Notes: generated by a model not told the origin, from the sequence alone. DNA of 64,000 bases from Octopus vulgaris (GCA_951406725.2 OX597816.1:94364001-94428000); one strand, 5' to 3'; numbered from the stretch's first letter, positions 25,661 through 40,194 are shown. Numbers and translations are program-made.

Positions 25661-28208
25661 CTAGTAAATCAATAAATTGTAAATTACTGTCAAATGAATT
25701 TAGACATCACAAAATAAGTTAAAGCTTTAGATATATGTACAAAATGGTAGTCTTTGACGTGTTTTTATGAGATATTGGCGACATAAAATGAGATATAAAC
25801 TGCTGTCAAACCGAATTTGCAAAATTTCGTTTCTCTAACAACCTTAGAAACATGCATGCAACATTTCTTAGAGAGAGATGGGGATAGTTTTTAATGGATT
25901 AGTCAAGGGAGGAATGGCAGCACCCTTGACTGTTACATGATCTCTGAAAACTGAAGTAAAGGAAGGAATAGATTGCTGCAATAGAAAGCAGTGCATCAAG
26001 ATATCCTCAAACAAAAGACCCAGTCTAAATGCTTACAGCTGAGTGGAATCCACTAAAGGCAGCCAAAGACTAAGTAATGGTGTTAAACCGGGTGACTAAT
26101 TAGGTCCATCTTGCTAGAATAGATACATTCAATTTCCATTTTAACCCCCATGTCACTCACAAAACTTGTGTCGACCCAATGTAGAAGATACAGTCCCAAA
26201 GTGTTGTGTGTACATTGAGATCGAACTTGAGGACACATAATAGCGAAGAGAACTTTTTAACCACAGAGTCCTTTTTGCACCCGATTGAAAGAAACGACAA
26301 ATGAGTTGGGGTAGGAGAAACTAAAGTAATGAAAGCATGAATGAATTTAAAGAAAGATATACAAGCAAATATTTTCAAATTCTTTAATCCTTTGACTTTA
26401 TATGAATTACTGCTTTCAACAATTATCCAAATCACAAGAGACCATAATATCGGTTTTTGTTCCTGGATTCTGTACAGTTAAGCTGACGAGCGATAAATTC
26501 ACTAGTACAGTTATTCCCAAATTTTAGTCGCGGTACCCTGTTACTATATTTTTAAAAAAAAATGTAGAACCAATTTAACTGGCAGCCCCCTGCTACCTTA
26601 GTTTTAATATGTCATTAAATGGAACAAAATTCGTTTTAGGGGAAGGAATTTTTGTGCAAAAAAAGAAACACAGAAAATAACTTATTTTGAAAAGGGGGAA
26701 TAACGTTTTTTTATCAAATAATTTTTCAATAAATTTCATTAAAAGACACTTTAATAGGGTAGTACACCAGAATTTTATCGGGGAACCCACACAGAGCAAG
26801 ATAAGATACCGGACCATGTAGATGGGTCCTGCTGCCAGAGAACCTTAACCCAGAACCTCAAGCAAACAAAGCAATCATTAGTTCTATGTGATATTTCTGC
26901 TAATCCTTGATGTTTGGTCGCAATAATCGAGCAGATCTATGATCAAAAGCTTCCTCACCAAGATTTGCCATCAAATAAACGAACGATATATATTCGGTTA
27001 TACTAGAAGTTAATTTATTACTGCTAACATTCATAGAAAATTTTATACGCAGTGTTTGCATCTAATTTAAGTTCGAGTATGAAGAACTAAGCAGGGGCGT
27101 TGCCTCAGCAATGCAACAGAGGTCGTTACTCTGGGCGCAAAATTCCAAAATAAAAATAATGAAGTAGTAATAAGAAATATAACAGTCCACGGGCGGCGGT
27201 GTAGCGTAAGGTGTGCTAACTGTACAGGACAACTACTTTATTTGTAGCATGTTAGATTTTGAGTGTGATGCTGATAGTTGTCCAAAATAACCCTATTACA
27301 ATCAAAGATGTTACATTTGATATCGTAACTAGAAGAGACGAAACTAAGATTAATTATTTGCTCTTGCGTTGGCCACTTACACTATACTGATAAGGTGTGT
27401 TAACAAATAAAATTTTAATAAAATATAGAGGTTATATATATAATTACTTTTGCATGAGCTCTCGCCAAACATCAATAGGAAATATCATATCCATTTCGGT
27501 TTTCACCATTCCGTTGCTTGAGTCGTACAAAAAATTCATCTCTCTGCCTAAAATGAAATCAATTGTAGATTCAGTATTAGTTTTAAAAGTTAGAAAATTC
27601 ACAGCGCCAAAAAGATTCACCAAATGTGTAATATCGTTTTATGAAACATTTTAAATAACACGAGAAATCATGAATGTAGCAATCTCCATCAGTAGTAGTC
27701 AACCTTTTTCACGGTATGAATATTGTTGATAGATTTAGAAAGAACTATTTGCGCACACAATTTTTTATTCTATTTTATTTATTAAAGAAATTGTGCTATT
27801 TCAATAAAAAATGTTTATTAAAACAGGCGTCTTCAGAATGTCATACAGATTCTGTTCTTGAATCAAATAAGGATGTGTGGCGAAAAGGTAAGCAGTGCAT
27901 CTCCCACCAATACATCCAACGCGGGAAGGTGATTTCTTGCTTTAGTTTTTTTTTCCAGTCCCTGCCGAGAAGCCCTTTTAGAAGTATGTATTATGAAATA
28001 GAACCAACATTTTAGATATCTCAACAACCAGCCTTTTCATTTCAATCGCTTCATTGAACGTCATAACTAAAGATACTTTCATAGTTTCTACAGAGAGCGT
28101 TTTTATTTCTGCACCATGTTTCACTGCAAACGTTGAATCTCAGCCTCTTTAAGAGTATTCGACGTATTAATATCTCATGAAATGATTTAATACCCATCCT
28201 GATAATTC

Positions 28209-29200
28209 TATCGGGTTATCCCATAAGTTCTATCCGATTTTACCTTTTTTTTTTAAATTGAATGAAATTTAATAGTATTTTAGAATGTCTAATGAAATTA
28301 AAAATTATTTTTATGCATTTGTGTACATTTAAACTAATTAAATAATTTTTTACAGAATAATAGAACTAAAATTTCTTTGACTAAAACCCTTTCTAACATG
28401 GAAGTATCCAAAGAGCATTTAAGGCACGTAATGCTTTATGAGTACAAAAATGGAAACTGCGGCCGAAGCGACTCGAAACATGCACTCAATTTATGGGAAA
28501 GAATGCCTGCATGAAAGAACTTGCAGAAGATGGTTTGCAAAATTCAGAAGTGGAGATTTTAGCCTTGAAGGTGAAGATCGAACAGGATGTCCAGTTGAGT
28601 TTGATAAGCTCCTTGCGGCATTACTTGAAAATCTTGCATTATCAGTTGAAGAATTGGCAATAAAGCTTAGTTCAATCCATACAATTGTTCATCTTCAACA
28701 ACTTGGAAAGGTTCCTAGACTTGGAAAATGGATGCCTCATGAACTGTCCGAAAGCAACCGCAAATCCCGAGTTAACATCTGCTCTTCTCTCCATTCTCGC
28801 GAACTCATTTCACCCTTTTTGGATAGACTTATGACTGGTGACGAAAAATGAATCTTCTATTGAAATGTTAAACGTCGTAAACAATGGCTTGGTAAAAGGG
28901 AAAAAGCTCAATCACAACCGAGAAGGGAACTTCATGGAAAAATGGTTCTTCTCACTATCTGGTGGGATTGCAAGGGAGTAATTCACTTTGAATTGTTACC
29001 ACCTAATACAACAATCAATGCTCAAGTCTACTGTCACCAATTAGAACATTTGAATCAAGCTTTGAAGAAAAAAAAAGACCCACTATAGTGAATCAAAAAG
29101 GAGTGATGTGTCATCTGGACAATGCGCGACCCCACACAGCAAATATGACATCACAGAAGATCGAAGAGCTTGGTTGGGAAAAAATTCCTTATTCACCTTA
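28209..29200 (+). mobile_element. mariner 5' portion with left TIR, inactive
   Basis: TA plus TIR; WFAKFRSGDFSLE, WMPHEL and TGDEK motifs with stops and frameshifts; truncated near HPPYS. Confidence 0.92.
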
Positions 29201-30676
29201 GGAGTGTATGATTTTGTATAAACAGAACTACAGTGTTGGTAACACATATGTCTTCTGAAGAGTTAGCTGTTCAAAACTGAAGTATCTTTTACTCTTGAAT
29301 GAGATTCAGTTTTTTCTATGTTATACGTAGACGGTCGCATGAACATAACTCCCCATGTAGGGATGGTTGACGTCGACACAATTTTTGTTGATTCTACCTT
29401 CTTTGCTCAAAATCTAGGAAACAAATGTACCTGACCAGCTTGGGTAGGATATCCCCCCTTGGATAGTTCCACTCTGAAATCATTCCAACTCTATCTCATC
29501 TTTAGTATACACAGTATTACATTGTGCATCAGTCGAGTTCACACGCAACCACATAGAATTTCAGTCTCTGACCATTGTTGCTGCGTAGCTCCACGTCGGC
29601 TCTGATTATGCAGACCTACGATTAAAGACCTTGCTGTCATAATCTCCCATCTCAGATAAAATGTATATAGAAAATATTTAAGGTAGTTGGGTAGGATTTG
29701 AGCGGAATTTGGTCGCTCTTTCTAACAAGTCAGGCAACGATGAGTGAACACATTTAGGGATTGTGGATGAAGGAATAAGTCCTTCGTTTCTTCCCGCTAG
29801 TAAAAGTTACATATCACCAGGCCTGAAATAAAAGATTCTATTTTGATATTGCGTATACATTAAATTATGTCTTTGTTTGTTGTAACCGTAATTTAGGACA
29901 TGTGTTGTAGTCATGAAAAGAAGATAAATGATGTGTGTCATGAAACGAACATTTAAAGATTTTCTTCTGAAATATAAAGAGATATTTTATTTTGTTCTAT
30001 TTTGAGTGCTATAAAAATTAATTGATACAGCAAAGATCCTTGGAAGGGTTCGAACGGGAAAATCTCACGATCAGAGTATCATGGTAATGTATGTGTATTT
30101 GTGTGTTTGATTGAATTGTTAGCAGCATGTGTGTATGTGATACAAAGGATAAAGGTGTGTGTGTGCGCGTGCTAACATGGTATATCTGGTTGTCGTCGCA
30201 TACTTCTCTTTCACGGTTATTTCACTTCTCGGTTTCTTCTCTTTCACGGTTTACTGTATACTGGTCTTTGCTATAGTTGACAGGTGGTACTGGCCGCCGC
30301 TGCAGTTTTAACTGGGCAACAAAATATTTCAGTTGATATATTCTTCTTTCGGAAGCTAGGTACCAACTAACTGATCTGTCTTTATCTATTTCTATAAAAG
30401 TCATGAATAATAGAACCGAAACAAGGTCAAGAGGATTCGCATGATTGGTCGATAAAGACCAAAGACTTCTGTTACAAGCCTGCCAATGTGCCTAGATTTA
30501 TTCATAGTTAGGGAAACGTGAGTTCGACATTCGAATCTTAAACTTCTCATTGCATTCTTTTAAAACGTTATCGAATGATATTAAGTAGATTCGTAGGAGA
30601 GACTAACGAGAATACAGGTTCAATACAAATATGTGATTAAACTTCGATAAAAGAATTTAAGTGCAAGACTACTTAC

Positions 30677-30728
30677 TTGATTCGGAAGCGTCTGCAATTA
30701 TTTGATCGATTGATTTTTCTTCTGTAGC
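30677..30728 (-). CDS. Astacin gene A pro-peptide exon (ATEEKSIDQIIADASES)
   Basis: Strong pyrimidine tract plus CAG acceptor, GTAAGT donor; SIDQII resembles molluscan astacin pro-peptides. Confidence 0.7.
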
Positions 30729-33574
30729 CTGGGAAAGAAAGACAAGGAAACAGCTTTGACTTTAAGAAATTAAATTAAAAAAATTCAATTTTGCTGATGT
30801 TTAACGGTAGACGGGATATATGGTGTACAGTCACCAACAGGAGTTTTATTAATACTATAACGAAAGAGGCAAGTTGGCAGAAACGTTAGCACGCCGGGCG
30901 AAATGCGTAACCGTATTTCGTCTGCCGTTACGTTCTGAGTTCAAATTCCGCCGAGGTCGACTTTCCCTTTCATCCTTTCGGGGTCGATAAATTAAGTACC
31001 AGTTACGCACTGGGGTCGATATAATCGACTTAATCCGTTTGTCTGTCCTTGTTTGTCTTCTCCGTGTTTAGCCCATTTTAGGTAGTAAAGAAATAGGTAT
31101 TTCTTCCGACTCTACTTTCAAAGTTCAAATCCCACTGACGTCGACTTTCTCTTTCGTCCTTTCAGAGTCGATAAAATATATACCAGTTAAGCACTAGGCT
31201 CAATGTCATCGACTCATCCCTCTGTCCACCAAAAAATTTCAGATTTGTACCAATCATAGAAAGAATTATCCGTGAAATAAAAAAAAATTAGTGAGGTGAC
31301 AGAATCGCAGGCACGCCGAACAGAATGTTTAGCGGTATTTCTTCCGGCACTTTACGTTTAGAGTACTCCGGGATCAACTTGCTCTTCAAACTTTCGAGAT
31401 CAAGAAAATAAAATACCAGACAAGTAAGTACTGGAAACGATAAAATCGACTTGCCTCTTCCCTTCCAAACCGCTGGCCTTGTGCCAAAATTAGAAGGAAT
31501 TATTGATACTATGATGTCACCGAAGTGTTACTCTTTACACCAGCCTCATTTTTCTTAATGACTTAATCAAAAAGCGAAGTGGCGTATCCATAACCTTTTT
31601 CAGGGCCTTTAAGCTTTGTAGGAGAAAGGGAGTAGGTTATCCCTAAACAAGAGATTTGACGGAACAAACTGAACTCCGGTAAAAGCACCTAATGACAAGA
31701 TGGTGGTGATAAATCGGGTGATGGATTAAGTTAGGTGTCGCAGAGAAAGAGCAGGTGTGTCTTTTATGCCATGCTGTGAACAAGAAAATTGCCGCAGCCG
31801 CATGGCTGAAACAAGTAAAAGAATAAAAGAACACGTGGGGTATCAACTATGTCAATCGATCATGAAATGAAATATTTCTGTTTTGAAAATTTTAAGTCTT
31901 CAACTTTTACTCCCGGTTTGATGTATGCTTTAATTCTATCGCACTAAAATAATGTCGTTGATTACATAGAAAAGATCAACTGCAATACGTTTCAGTTTTA
32001 TTTTTCAAAGTATTATCTACTTTAACTTAAGACGGAGAATTGGCATAGTGCTAAGGTCGTTAGATAGAGCGTCTCGCTTTCCGAGTTCAAATCTCGCCGA
32101 GTTGAAATTAGCCTTCCGGGATTTATAAAAATAGTATCAATCCAAGGCAGGTGGATTGGCGAAAGTGATGGCGGGTCGGTCAAGATATCTTCCTGTATCT
32201 CTTCCGGGTTTTTACGTTCTTACAGCAAGGCTTATAACGTGGCTGGTGCTAAGCTGCATAAGCGTTTCTCTTTGACAACATCGGAGAAGTGAAGAGGGGA
32301 GATTCGCATACAAGGGTAACTGCCAGTCTTCTTTGAAAAACCTAAAATATATTGCAGTTGATCTTCCTGTGTGATTACATTATCTTAAGGCAATAGAATT
32401 AAAGCACACCTTAAACCAAGAGTGAAAGTTGAAGACTAAGTGATACACATGTAAATGTAATTTACAAATTTCTGTGAAAAGTATTTCATTTAATGATCAA
32501 TTGACACAGTCGATACCCAACATATGCAATTTCTTGTTCACAGCATGGCATAAAAGACACTCTGTTCTTATTATGCGAGGCCTAACTGTGCATATCTAGC
32601 CAACTTTAACTGAAAGCAGCCCTCGAAGATTTTTAAAAAATAACATTGACTTTTAAAACTGCATGCGGTTTTATGTGTTAATTCATATAAGGATATGTTG
32701 TGTTTTGTTATCGGTTTATTTTTGTTACAGAGAAAGCAACAGAGACCAGACACTAAGACAAAGAAAACAAAATAGACAAGTGAATATGGTATTTAGACTT
32801 CGATTTCGTTCGTACGTTCAAATTGGTAGCAGATAGTTTGTTGCTTTTACCGACCTCAGTGCAGCCAGCGATCGAAAAGAAAACCTTCAAATCTTTTTGA
32901 AAGTTATTCATGATTGATTAGCTTCCTATATGGTGGAAATTTCTCTTGCATCCGTTTTAAGGATTGCTGACCTTCATAACAGAATTGGTATATATACATC
33001 TCATTGGATATTTTAGAAAGCATACAAGTTCTATTTAAATATTCTCAGACTTCAACTTTCAACTTCTATATATATAAAACATATCTCTTCGGTGTCTGTA
33101 ATGAGAATATGAAAAGTGTGTTACTCAACCCACGTTGAGTAACACCACTCGCCACCTCTGAGTCCTGAGTCCGCTTTAATCTTTGATCTAGTCTTTCGTT
33201 TACCGTTTTCCCCATTGCTGAGTGACAACACTCTCTCCTCCATGTACACATAACCTTTTTCACCGGGGGAGGGTTCTTGTACATTTTGAGGTGTCTCTTC
33301 TTTCTTCTTTTTTCCCTGTGGGGAGAAGGGGTGGGTGGGTTTGGTGTCTGTATGGGGAGGGTGGGTCTGAATGGTCTTGGGTGGGATGGAGTTGGTCTGG
33401 GGTCCCAAATCACACTGACTGTTCTTCCTCTTCTTTCTCTTTTTTCTTTTATTCTCTGTCACTGTCCATTCATCCTCCTTTTTCCTTCCATCTATCTGTA
33501 CTTCTTCCTTTTTCTCCTCTGTCTCCACCACAGCTTCTTCTGTTGTTTTCCTCTGCAGAGGGCAGTGCGCTCTA

Positions 33575-34193
33575 ATGCGAACAGGAATTAGCAGAGTGAT
33601 CGATAAATCCCCACAAAAGAAACAGCTGCCGGATGAAGGCAAATCTACTTTGTGGAGGGAAAGACTGTTACAGACGAAGAAAGAAGCTTACTACTACAGA
33701 TGAATGAGGCAGGAAACATCGAAAGGAAGATGCTACCAACTTTGAGAAGAATTGGGAGAGGAAAACTATAAAAAGTAGTGAAAAAGATTAACGAACAGCT
33801 AACAAAAATCTACACCAATCCAAACAATTTTATATACTGCGCAGCCTCTGTCACTGTGTAAACTCATGGGATTAAAAAAAAACAAAAGAAAAACAAAAGA
33901 CAAAGCCCCACGGAACGAAGACTTGAGAACCAAATTGAACAGCTCAAGAGAGACCTTGGACGGATACATATAGATACCCGGTTTTGGTTACACTGCACCG
34001 CAAAATGTGGGACATAGAGGAATGAACTACAAAGGAGGTATAGCAGGGCACAAAGGACTACAAATGTTAAAGAAAAATTAATGCAAATAATCAAAGCAGT
34101 GTCTAGTAAGAAAAAAAATCGAAACCAACAGAGAACAAATCTGTCCTAACAGAATAAGTTGCTATAATTTGCTGACTAAATAATAATGCGCTC

Positions 34194-34232
<39 letters not shown>

Positions 34233-34720
34233 CAACAACAATCGACCAGACAAAATGATTAAAGTCAAGGAAGAAAATACTTGTAAGCGTTCCCACTGAT
34301 AAAAATATATCTGTAAAGGAATTTTACAAAATAAGTAAATATAAGGACCTGGAAAACTGAAAGACAAAACATTTGGCATCTTAAAGCGAAATCTGTTCTT
34401 GTTATTGTAGGTGCCCTAGGTATGATAAAAAAGGGATGTCAGAAACATCTAGATAACATCCCAGAAGAACCATGTCTCAGAGAAATCCAAAAGATTTTGC
34501 TGACAAGTACTGCCCACATTCTTAGAAAAACCCAATCAATTTAAATGTCTGTTTTGTAGTGCAAGAAGATAGTGCCAATTATTGTAGGGTCATTGAGAAC
34601 AGTATCAGAAAGCATCAAGAGAATATAAAGGAAATTGGTATAGAGTGCCCAGTAGAACTGTTACAAAAGGTTTGCCTCCTTATCACGGCCATAATAATCA
34701 GGAAAGTATTAGATAGCTGA
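33575..34720 (+). mobile_element. RLE-type (R4/Dong/NeSL-like) LINE fragments among (AAT)n tracts
   Basis: 33575-34170 is homologous to 49300-49850; NRPD...KYKDL...VIVGALG...TAHILRK endonuclease tail. Confidence 0.7.
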
Positions 34721-35362
34721 AAAGAGCGAATAGCGTGATACTGTAGGCTGGAGATAGTAAGCCCCTACGCATGCAAGACTCTAGGAGCTCCAACAACACC
34801 TATGATAAAGGGATAATAATGATAATAATAATACTAGTACTACTACTACTACTAATAATAATAATAATAATAATAAATTATAATGATAAATAGTCGCTAA
34901 AATATAAATTCTTACTGTACAAACAGCTTACATTTTTGAATCACATTCAGTTAAAAATATTTCTAAATGATTAAAATATTGTGTACGTCAAAAGTCGACG
35001 TTTTATTTAGAGAGCGTGAAGATAATATGTTACAGATAGTTAGCATGTGCTCGTGTTGATTGACACGCCATAACATTTATTATATGTGTGTGCATTCTGT
35101 GTGTGTGCTTGTGTGTTGATTTCACGGAAGTTATGTTATTTTTTCAAGAAATAACAAACAAAAATTGTGCTTAATCGTTTTCATTAATAAATAGAGGTTC
35201 AAATATCACAAAAATTTGTACTGCCCTACCGAAGGCAAGTATGAAAATATATATGCAAAAAAAAACTAAGATAAAGTATACTCTTTCTGAGATATTTGGG
35301 TTACACACAGACATCTCTAGAGTTTTAGTATTATTAAGATTATTCATATATATATATATATA

Positions 35363-35757
35363 CTAGCAGTATCGACCGGCGTTGCTCGGGTTTGTAAGGG
35401 AAATAACTATATAAGCATTTTTAGAGAGTTATAGCCAAAAAATAGGAAAAAAATGCATTAAAAATGGAAAAAAAATTAAGGTAAATTTTTTTTAAATCGT
35501 TGACACATCGTAGATATTTTTAGAGAGTTACTTCCCTTATATAATAGCGAAAAAAATGCATTAAAATGGAAAAATATGATGGTAAATTTTTTAAATCGTA
35601 GACTCATCGTAGACGCGCGCTAATACCCAGAAGGGCTCGATATGACTCACGACTATAAGATACCCGGTTTTGGTTACACTGCACCGCAAAATGTGGGAAT
35701 AGTTAGGAATCTAAATCGTAGGAGACAGACACACAACTTCACTCTTATATATAAAGA
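35363..35757 (-). mobile_element. Non-autonomous Helitron family A; further copies at 37308-37704 and 38888-39524
   Basis: 5' TC, 3' hairpin CCCGAGCAACGCCGG followed by CTAG, no TSD. Confidence 0.85.
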
Positions 35758-35865
35758 TATAAGCCACGTAGTTATATACACATACTTTGTTATATACGCA
35801 TTCTTAAAAGAAAATGTTATTTTGAATACAACATTTATAAAGAATAAAATATTTTTTGGTTTTTC

Positions 35866-38460
35866 TTAACCCTTTCGTTACTATATTTCTGACCAAAATA
35901 CACCCCTTATGTGTTTCAATTAATTTCTAACGTAATCATAAATTTAGTCTGGTTTCATTAAACAACTATAACTTTTTTATTTATCAATATATTAATGTGA
36001 TTTTTGGAAGATAATTTAATGAAATGTCCTCAACCAATTCTATACTATAATTTTTGTCACAAAGTGACTCTAATTGGAGGTAGATACAGGTAAATTCAAC
36101 AATATATAAAATTATTAAAATTTTGTTCAAACATCGCTATAGAAAATGGGTTATTAGCTAATATTCAATTGGGTATACAACAAAATTTTATGATAGAATT
36201 TGTTATTCTGGGTAACTTTCTGTAAAATTATTAAAATTTTGTTCAAACATCGCTATAGAAAATGGGTTATTAGCTAATATTCAATTGGATATACAACAAA
36301 ATTTTACAATAGAATTTGTTATTCTGGGTAACTTTCTGTAAAATTATTAAAATTTTGTTCAAACATCGCTATAGAAAATGGGTTATTAGCTCATATTCAA
36401 TTGGGTATACAACAAAATTTTACGATAGAATTTGTTATTCTAGGTAACTTTCTGTAAAATTATTAAAATTTTGTTCAAACATCGCTATAGAAAATGGGTT
36501 ATTAGCTAATATTCAATTGGGTATACAACAAAATTTTACGATAGAATTTGTTATTCTGGGTAACTTTCTGTAAAATTATTAAAATTTTGTTCAAACATCG
36601 CTATAGAAAATGGGTTATTAGCTAATATTCAATTGGGTATACAACAAAATTTTACGATAGAATTTGTTATTCTGGGTAACTTTCTGATACCCATAATAAT
36701 ATTTATGGCAAAATAGGCCTTAATTTCATTTAAGGTTGTGGGAAATAACAAACTATCCTTTCTTTCGTTTTGTTTACGTTTAGCGTAACGTTTCGTTTCT
36801 GCCGTAATGATTTCAAATGGGCTCATTCGAAAAAGTAAATAGAAATAGTCTAAGGCTTTACTCTTCTGAGAAAGTCTGTGGCTTGGTGCAGTTTCTTCAG
36901 AAAAATCACCGAAAGAAACAGTTTTTAAATTTTCACTCCATTCAGGTACCAATTCGTTTTCTTTATCGCTGTCGGATTCACTGTTTTCACTTTAATAGCT
37001 GCAAACTTGCAAAGACAAAGGAGGAGAAGGGTGATAGCGTCAGTGAAACAATTCGCTCCCTTTGTGTGTGTGTGCGTTTGCGTGTGACGTAAACCACATT
37101 AAGAAAAACATTTGACATACACACCAGAATGTGAGTTTTCTGTAAATTTTGCTTAATTGGAGTTTAAATTTTAAAAACTGGACCTGGCATGACCCGATGC
37201 ATTCTACTCTTAAAAATGCTAGGTAAATTGTAATTGAAGAAATCCTATATTGTAGATTTCTATAACTTACAAAGGGAGGCAGATAAAATCTGCCTTTTAT
37301 AATAAGACTAGCAGTATCGCCCGGCGTTGCTCGGGTTTGTAAGGGAAATAACTATATAAGCATTTTTAGAGAGTTATAGCCAAAAAATAGCAAAAAAATG
37401 CATTAAAAATTGAAAAAAAAATTAAGGTAAATTTTTTTTAAATCGTTGACACATCGTAGATATTTTTAGAGAGTTACTTCCCTTATATAAAAGCGAAAAA
37501 AATGCATTAAAATGGAAAAATATGATGGTAAATTTTTTTTAAATCGTAGACTCATCGTAGACGCACGCTAATACCCAGAAGGGCTCGATATGAATCACGA
37601 CTATAAGATACCCGCTTTTGGTTAAACTGCACCGCAAAATGTGGGAGTAGTTAGGAATCTAAATCGTAGGAGACAGACACACAACTTCACTCTTATTATA
37701 AAGATGCTTTTTTTTTCAGTCATAGAGTTAGATTTATGAAGGTCTTCAGTAGAAAATCCTTCGAATTCTGACTCGCTGCTTGATATAATGAAATTCGTAT
37801 CCATTTTTTGTCAGAATTACAAATTTTGAAAACACAATAGGAACAAATTTCGGAAAAAAATCTCCCATAATTTACGGAATTAAAATTACACTTCGATTTT
37901 TGTACAAAACTGTAGTTGAAGTGTTTACGAAGTATAATACGTGTTTTCACGAATGTACTAAAGAGATTTGCTCTGATATTCTCATTTAAATATGAATAGG
38001 TAAATTCGGGCGGCTTGGTAACTATATATAAGTGTCGTCTGTTTATACATAAACACTGTTTCATACTGCAATTATATATACATATATCTATATATAATAT
38101 TATATAATAAAATATATACAGAGTAAAATAAAAACCAATTTACCTTTTCTGTCCGCCCATGTGTCTTTGTAAATGTGTTGGAATGATAAGTGAGTTGAGT
38201 TTTGGCGCCTTTTTTACTAATAACAAACACACACGTGTTTGTATGTAGTTGTATGTGTATGTAGTTGTATGTAGTTGTATATGTATGTGTATGCGTGTGT
38301 GTGAGGAATGACACACACACACTCACGCACGCACACATGTACATCAATGCTTTCGGAGTGATATGTTAAAATATTGAGTTTTCTCGAATTTTGTCTTAAT
38401 TGGTGGTAAAATTGAAAGAAATTTTTTATGGCATCACCCACTGAAGTACTCTGAAAAATC
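35866..38460 (-). mobile_element. Internally deleted piggyBac interrupted by Helitrons
   Basis: TTAA-CCCTTTCG terminus; ORF 36629-36952 (ALDYFYLLF..ETKRYA..PTTLNEIKAYFAINIIMGIRKLP); acidic N-terminus MDTNFIISSSESEFEGF at 37804. Confidence 0.8.
36107..36686. repeat. 116-bp tandem repeat, 5 copies
   Basis: ACATCGCTATAG recurs at 36131, 36247, 36363, 36479 and 36595. Confidence 0.95.
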
Positions 38461-39659
38461 TTAGGTAAATTCTAATTGAAGAAATTGTGTGAGGAGTAAA
38501 TGGTTATGTATTTATTTGTTTCTGTTTGCTGTGTTTTTTTATTTTTTGAGTAGTGGTTTAAATACTTTCAGTTTAGTGTTCCTCAAATCACTCTGTCGCT
38601 ATTTACTTTCATTTTATTCGTTGCACACTGTGTGTGTGCGTTTGCGTGTGGTGTAAACCAGACTAAGAAAAGCATTTGACACACACACCAGAATGTGAGT
38701 TTTCTGTAAATTTTGCTTAATTGGAGTTTAAATTTTAAAAACTGGACCTGCCATGACGCGATGCATTCTACTCTTAAAAATGCTAGGTAAATTGCAATTG
38801 AAGAAATCCTATATTGTAGATTTGTATAACTCCCAAAGGGAGGCAGATAAAATCTGCCTTTTATAATAAGAGATATATATATATATACTAGCAGTATCGC
38901 CCGGCGTTGCTCGGGTTTGTAAGGGAAATAACTATATAAGCATTTTTAGAGAGTTATAGCCAAAAAATAGCAAAAAATGCATTAAAAATGGAAAAAATAT
39001 GATGGTAAATTTTTTTTTAAATCGTTGACTCATCGTAGACATTTTTAGAGAGTTACTTCCCTTATATAATAGCGAAAAAATGCATTAAAATGGAAAAAAA
39101 ACGATGGTAAATTTTTTTTTAAATCGTAGACTCATGTAGACGCTTTCTTGGCCATTTCTGTTTTGGTGTCTTCAAGCCATGAAGTCGTTGTTGTAAAAGA
39201 ACACTGGTCTCCTTGACAACGCATTACGACGTTGATTTCCTTACACTCCCTTCCCCACAGGTGCAGGTGTGAGCGTGGACGCCAACTCCGCCGCCATCGA
39301 CACACGAAAAATTATGCATTAAAATGGAATAAAAAATGATGTTAAATTATTTTTAAAATCGTAGACTCATCGTAGACGCGCGCTAATATTCAGACGGGCT
39401 CGATATGAATCATGACTATAAGCTACCCGAATTTGGTTAAACTGCACCGCAAAATGTGGGAGTAGTTAGGAATCTAAATCGAAGGGGACAGACACTCACA
39501 CAACTACAGTTTTATATATATAGATATACATAGCGCAGTAGTGGTGAGATGTGACAGCAAAGAAAAGCATACATTCACTCTCTGCATGCAATTAGACTCG
39601 GAAAGTTCGTGAGGAACCCATTGACCCAATTTGCTGACTTTTCCGATAGCACACAGGTC

Positions 39660-39900
39660 TCAATGAATGGTTGAATGACCAAATCCAAGCTTCTCTGCTA
39701 GTTCCTCAACAGTTACGATGAGATTTTGTTCCACCAGGGTTTTCAGGATGTCCTTGTCGAGTTCAACAGATCTTTCAGGATGAGGCTCGTCTTCTAGGCT
39801 GTAGTTTATGGCTCGGGATTTCTGGAACCACCATTGACACTGCCTTACGCTTATTGTCCAATCCCCATATACTGCATTAATATTTCTTGTACTTTGCACA
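39660..39900 (-). mobile_element. mariner N-terminal (HTH) remnant
   Basis: TRNINAVYG..ISVRQCQWWFQK...SLEDEPH..RSVELD. Confidence 0.8.
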
Positions 39901-39959
39901 CATTTATATTCTGTTATTCTTTTATATGTTTCAGCCTTGAGGTTGTGGCCATGCTGGAT

Positions 39960-39997
<38 letters not shown>

Positions 39998-40162
39998 TAT
40001 CTGTCTGTCTGTCTGTATGTATATATGTATATGTATGTGTGTGAACAATAATATTTTCAACAGATGTGTTGCAAATGTATCTGATTGTTCTCAAGCTTCA
40101 ATACTGTGTGTGTGTATGTGTGTGTGTGTATGTATGTATGTATATGTATGTATGTATGTATG

Positions 40163-40194
<32 letters not shown>

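Noticed and set aside
36107-36686. Possible CRISPR-like array
   Set aside because: Units repeat in full with no unique spacers, and the context is eukaryotic
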